Shown here: one piece after another, positions 60,955 to 64,000 of the stretch
Position numbering within the stretch: position 1 is the first letter of the stretch
Layout of the letters: every line of letters begins with the position of its first letter
NCBI RefSeq assembly: GCF_009914755.1
Contig: NC_060935.1
DNA length: 64,000 bases
Strand: one strand, 5' to 3'
Source: the human T2T-CHM13v2.0 reference genome, Homo sapiens
Made by a program: the position numbers and the translations under genes
The notes under the pieces: model-generated
The model's input: only the letters and a program-made list of their open reading frames with translations
Databases searched by the model: none
What the model was told of the DNA's origin: nothing

Positions 60955-61794
60955 GTCATGCGTAGAAACTTATTTATCCAAACTGCTGGAGAATTAAACA
61001 ATCCAAGCCTTCACCTCCACCTCTGCCTCAGGCAAGGGAGATATTTGGTGCTCTCATTTGTGGAGACTCTTCCCTCCAGATTCCTCTCACCCTTCCTCAT
61101 GGTCACTTGTCTACTGACTGTGCCATAGATAGCCAAAAAGGGAAGGAATTTCTTCAGAAAAAAAAAAAAAAAAAAAAGAACCTCCCCAGGATAACCTATT
61201 TTCACAATAATCACAATAACTAGCCTTTATTGGGCCCTTAGTATGTACCAGGCACAAAAGTTATTTAATTAAATACTCATTGCAGTACTAAAATACACAA
61301 TGAACTATCTGTATGTTACAAAATAAGGAAACAGTGTGTCAGCAAGGAAAATTAACTTGCTCAGGGTCACCAAGGAAGAGGCAGGACTCTCATTCACACC
61401 AAGGTCTTCCTGACTCCAGAGCCCACGTTCTGCCCAAACGCTGCACTCCACATTCAACAAAAAAATAGCCCAAAAGTAGTACGAGTATATAACTCTTGTT
61501 ACTGGCATATGGCAGAATCTGAAAAGATACACTATGTGTAGTTAAGGTAAATTAGAAAAACAAGATGCCTACCTCATCAAATGCCCTCTCTAGGATCTCC
61601 CTGTTGAATTCCAATTATGGCTACTGAGTAATTTGCTAAGCAAATGCTGAAGGACATTCCCCTTGGCTGCCATTTCTCTCTTTCTCAGCTATGTAAGGGC
61701 TGGGAAATTTGAGTCCAATGGTGTCATACCAATACTCTTCTTTTCTCAGTCTCAGTCCCCTAAACTGCCTATCAGTCAGTACCTCCTTGATTTT

Positions 61795-63305
61795 TCTTTA
61801 ATATTTCACTAAATGTTGTATTTTTTTCTTTTAATTTAATTTAATTTTATTTTATTTTAAGTTCCGGGATACATATGCAGGATGTGCAGGTTTGTTACAT
61901 AGGTAAACATATGTCATGGTGATTTGCTGCACCTATCCACCCATCACCTAGGTATTAAGCCCCACATCCGTTAGCTATTTATCCCGATGCTCTCCCTCCT
62001 CCCTGCCTCCTGACAGGCCCCAATGTGCATTGTTCCCCTCTCTGTGTCCATGTGTTCTCATTGTTTAGCTCTTACTTACAAGTGAGAACATTGGATATTT
62101 GGTTATCTGTTCTTGGGTTAGTTTGCTGAGGATAATGGCTTCCAGCTCTATCCATGTCCCTGCAAAGAACACTAATTCCTTCCTTTTATGGCTGCATAGT
62201 ATTCCATGGTATGTATGTACCATATTTTCTTTATCCAGTCTCTCATTTATGGGAATTTGGGTTGATTCCATGTCTTTGCTATTGTGAATAGTGCTGCAAT
62301 GAACATACACATGCATGTATATTTATAATAGAATTATTTATATTCCTTTGGATATATACCCAGTAATAAGATTGCTGGGTCAAATGATATTTCCATTTCT
62401 AGGTCTTTGAGGACTCGCCACACTGTCTTCCACAATGGTTGAACTAATTTACATTCCCACCAACAGTATAAAAGTGTTCCTATTTCTCCACAGCCTCGCC
62501 AGCATCTGTTGTTTCTTGACTTTTTAATAATTGCCATTCTGACTAGCATGAGATGGTATCTCATTGTGATTTTTTATTTGCATTTCTCTAATAATTAGTG
62601 ATGTTGAGCTTTTTTTCATATGTTTGTTGGCCATACAAATGTCTTCTTTTGAGAAGTGTCTGTTCATGTCATTTGCCCACTTTTAGATAGGGTTGTTTGT
62701 TTTTTTCTTGTAAATTTGTTTAAGTTACCTTTGTCAGATAGATAGATTGCAAAAATTTTCTCCCATTCTGTAGGTTGTCTGTTCATTCTAATGATAGCTT
62801 CTTTTGCAGAATCTCTTTAGTTTAATTAGATCCCATTTGCCAATGTTTGCTTTTGTTGCAATTGCTTTTGACGTTTTCATCATGAAATCTTTGCCGGTGC
62901 CTATGTCCTAAATGGCATTGCCTAGATTTTCTTCTAGGATTTTTATAGTTTGGGGCTTTACATTTAAATCTTTAATCCATCTTGAGTTAATTTTTGTATA
63001 AAGTTTAAGGAACTGGTCCATTTTCAATTTTCTGTATATGGCTAGCCAGTTTTCCCAGCACCATTTATTAGATAGGGAATCCTTTCCCCATTGCTTGTCT
63101 TTATCAGGTTTGTCAAAGATTCAATGGTTGTAGATGTGCAGTCTTATTTCTGAGATCTCTATTGTGTTCTATTGGTCTACGTGTCTGTTTTTGTACAAGT
63201 ACCATGTTGTTTTGGTTACCATAGACTTGTAGTATAGTTTGAAGTCAGGGAGTGTAATGCCTCCGGCTTTGTTCTTTTTGCTTAGGATTGTCTTGACTAT
63301 ACTAG
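61795..63305 (-). mobile_element. 5'-truncated L1 (L1PA7/8-like) with TSD
   Basis: L1 3' end and ORF2 C-terminus; TSD CTCCTTGATTTT at 61783-61794 and 63306-63317; TT/AAAA endonuclease site. Confidence 0.9.
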
Positions 63306-64000
63306 CTCCTTGATTTTAACCATGCCATTCCTTTACCAGTTCAGGACCTGCCTCCATTTCACAGTTTGGTGTCCTTTTTGATCACCACACCCTGAATTCC
63401 CCTTGCTATCTTCTATCTGAACCCATTGCTCCTATAAAATTCCTGTTTCTCCTCTTGAATAAATTAAACCTTGCAGCCCACATTGGGTGTAATTTATTTG
63501 CCATCATCTCAGGGAAGTATATCCCAGGTTCCCACCTCCAGATAATTACCCTTTCATTTCAGGCACTCACAGTGGAATTGTCCCACACAACTATTTCTGC
63601 TGGTAAATCTCTCTCTCTGGCCACTTGTAACGCATTCACTTTTCCATTGATGTAGGTCAATTGGATAAGTAGATATTTGATTTGATTGTTCATATAACAG
63701 AATTAATTATTTCCTCCATATCTGGAAGAACATAAACAATGCATAGGAAAGCAGAGATCCCTTCTCAGGTTTCCTGGGTTCTTCATCCTCTAAATTCATT
63801 CCCATCCACGGCCAATAAAACGTAGAATGACTCCTACAAATCATATATACAGGTACTCAGAGAGAGAGAGTTGAAATTTGCTGAGTGCTTACTAAATTTC
63901 AAGTTCTATTCTGAACATTTCATACATGTTAAGCCATTGAATCCCTATTGACACAGCCATTGAGTGGAAGCTGACTCAGCATGGCTCCTGAGACTAAACT

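Overview
Human-type (primate) genomic DNA from the family-5 olfactory receptor cluster, recognised from the proteins as the OR5BB1P-OR5A2-OR5A1 interval of 11q12.1. It holds two intact OR coding exons arranged head-to-head (OR5A2, minus, 38824-39798; OR5A1, plus, 60007-60954, carrying the Asn183 low beta-ionone-sensitivity allele) and one pseudogene with a single premature TAG (8200-9159, minus). Candidate upstream non-coding exons, splice sites and homeodomain/O-E (Lhx2/Ebf) promoter clusters can be read for all three. They share a TAATTG-N-TCYCT composite motif in the same gene-relative orientation, and a near-perfect CTCF motif lies between the divergent OR5A2 and OR5A1 promoters. The rest is mostly transposon-derived: the 5' portion of an L1PA5-like element nested in an older L1, a nearly complete Tigger2, a two-LTR MER57 provirus (GGAG TSD, PBS-Leu, IN/env relics, double PPT) interrupted by an L1PA3-like insertion, solo LTRs, Alus, MIR/L2 and STRs. 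Most short ORFs in the track are repeat-derived noise. I found no convincing wholly new biological system; the best leads are regulatory architecture and unusual insertion structures. Repeat subfamily names are from memory of consensus sequences and need RepeatMasker/Dfam confirmation.
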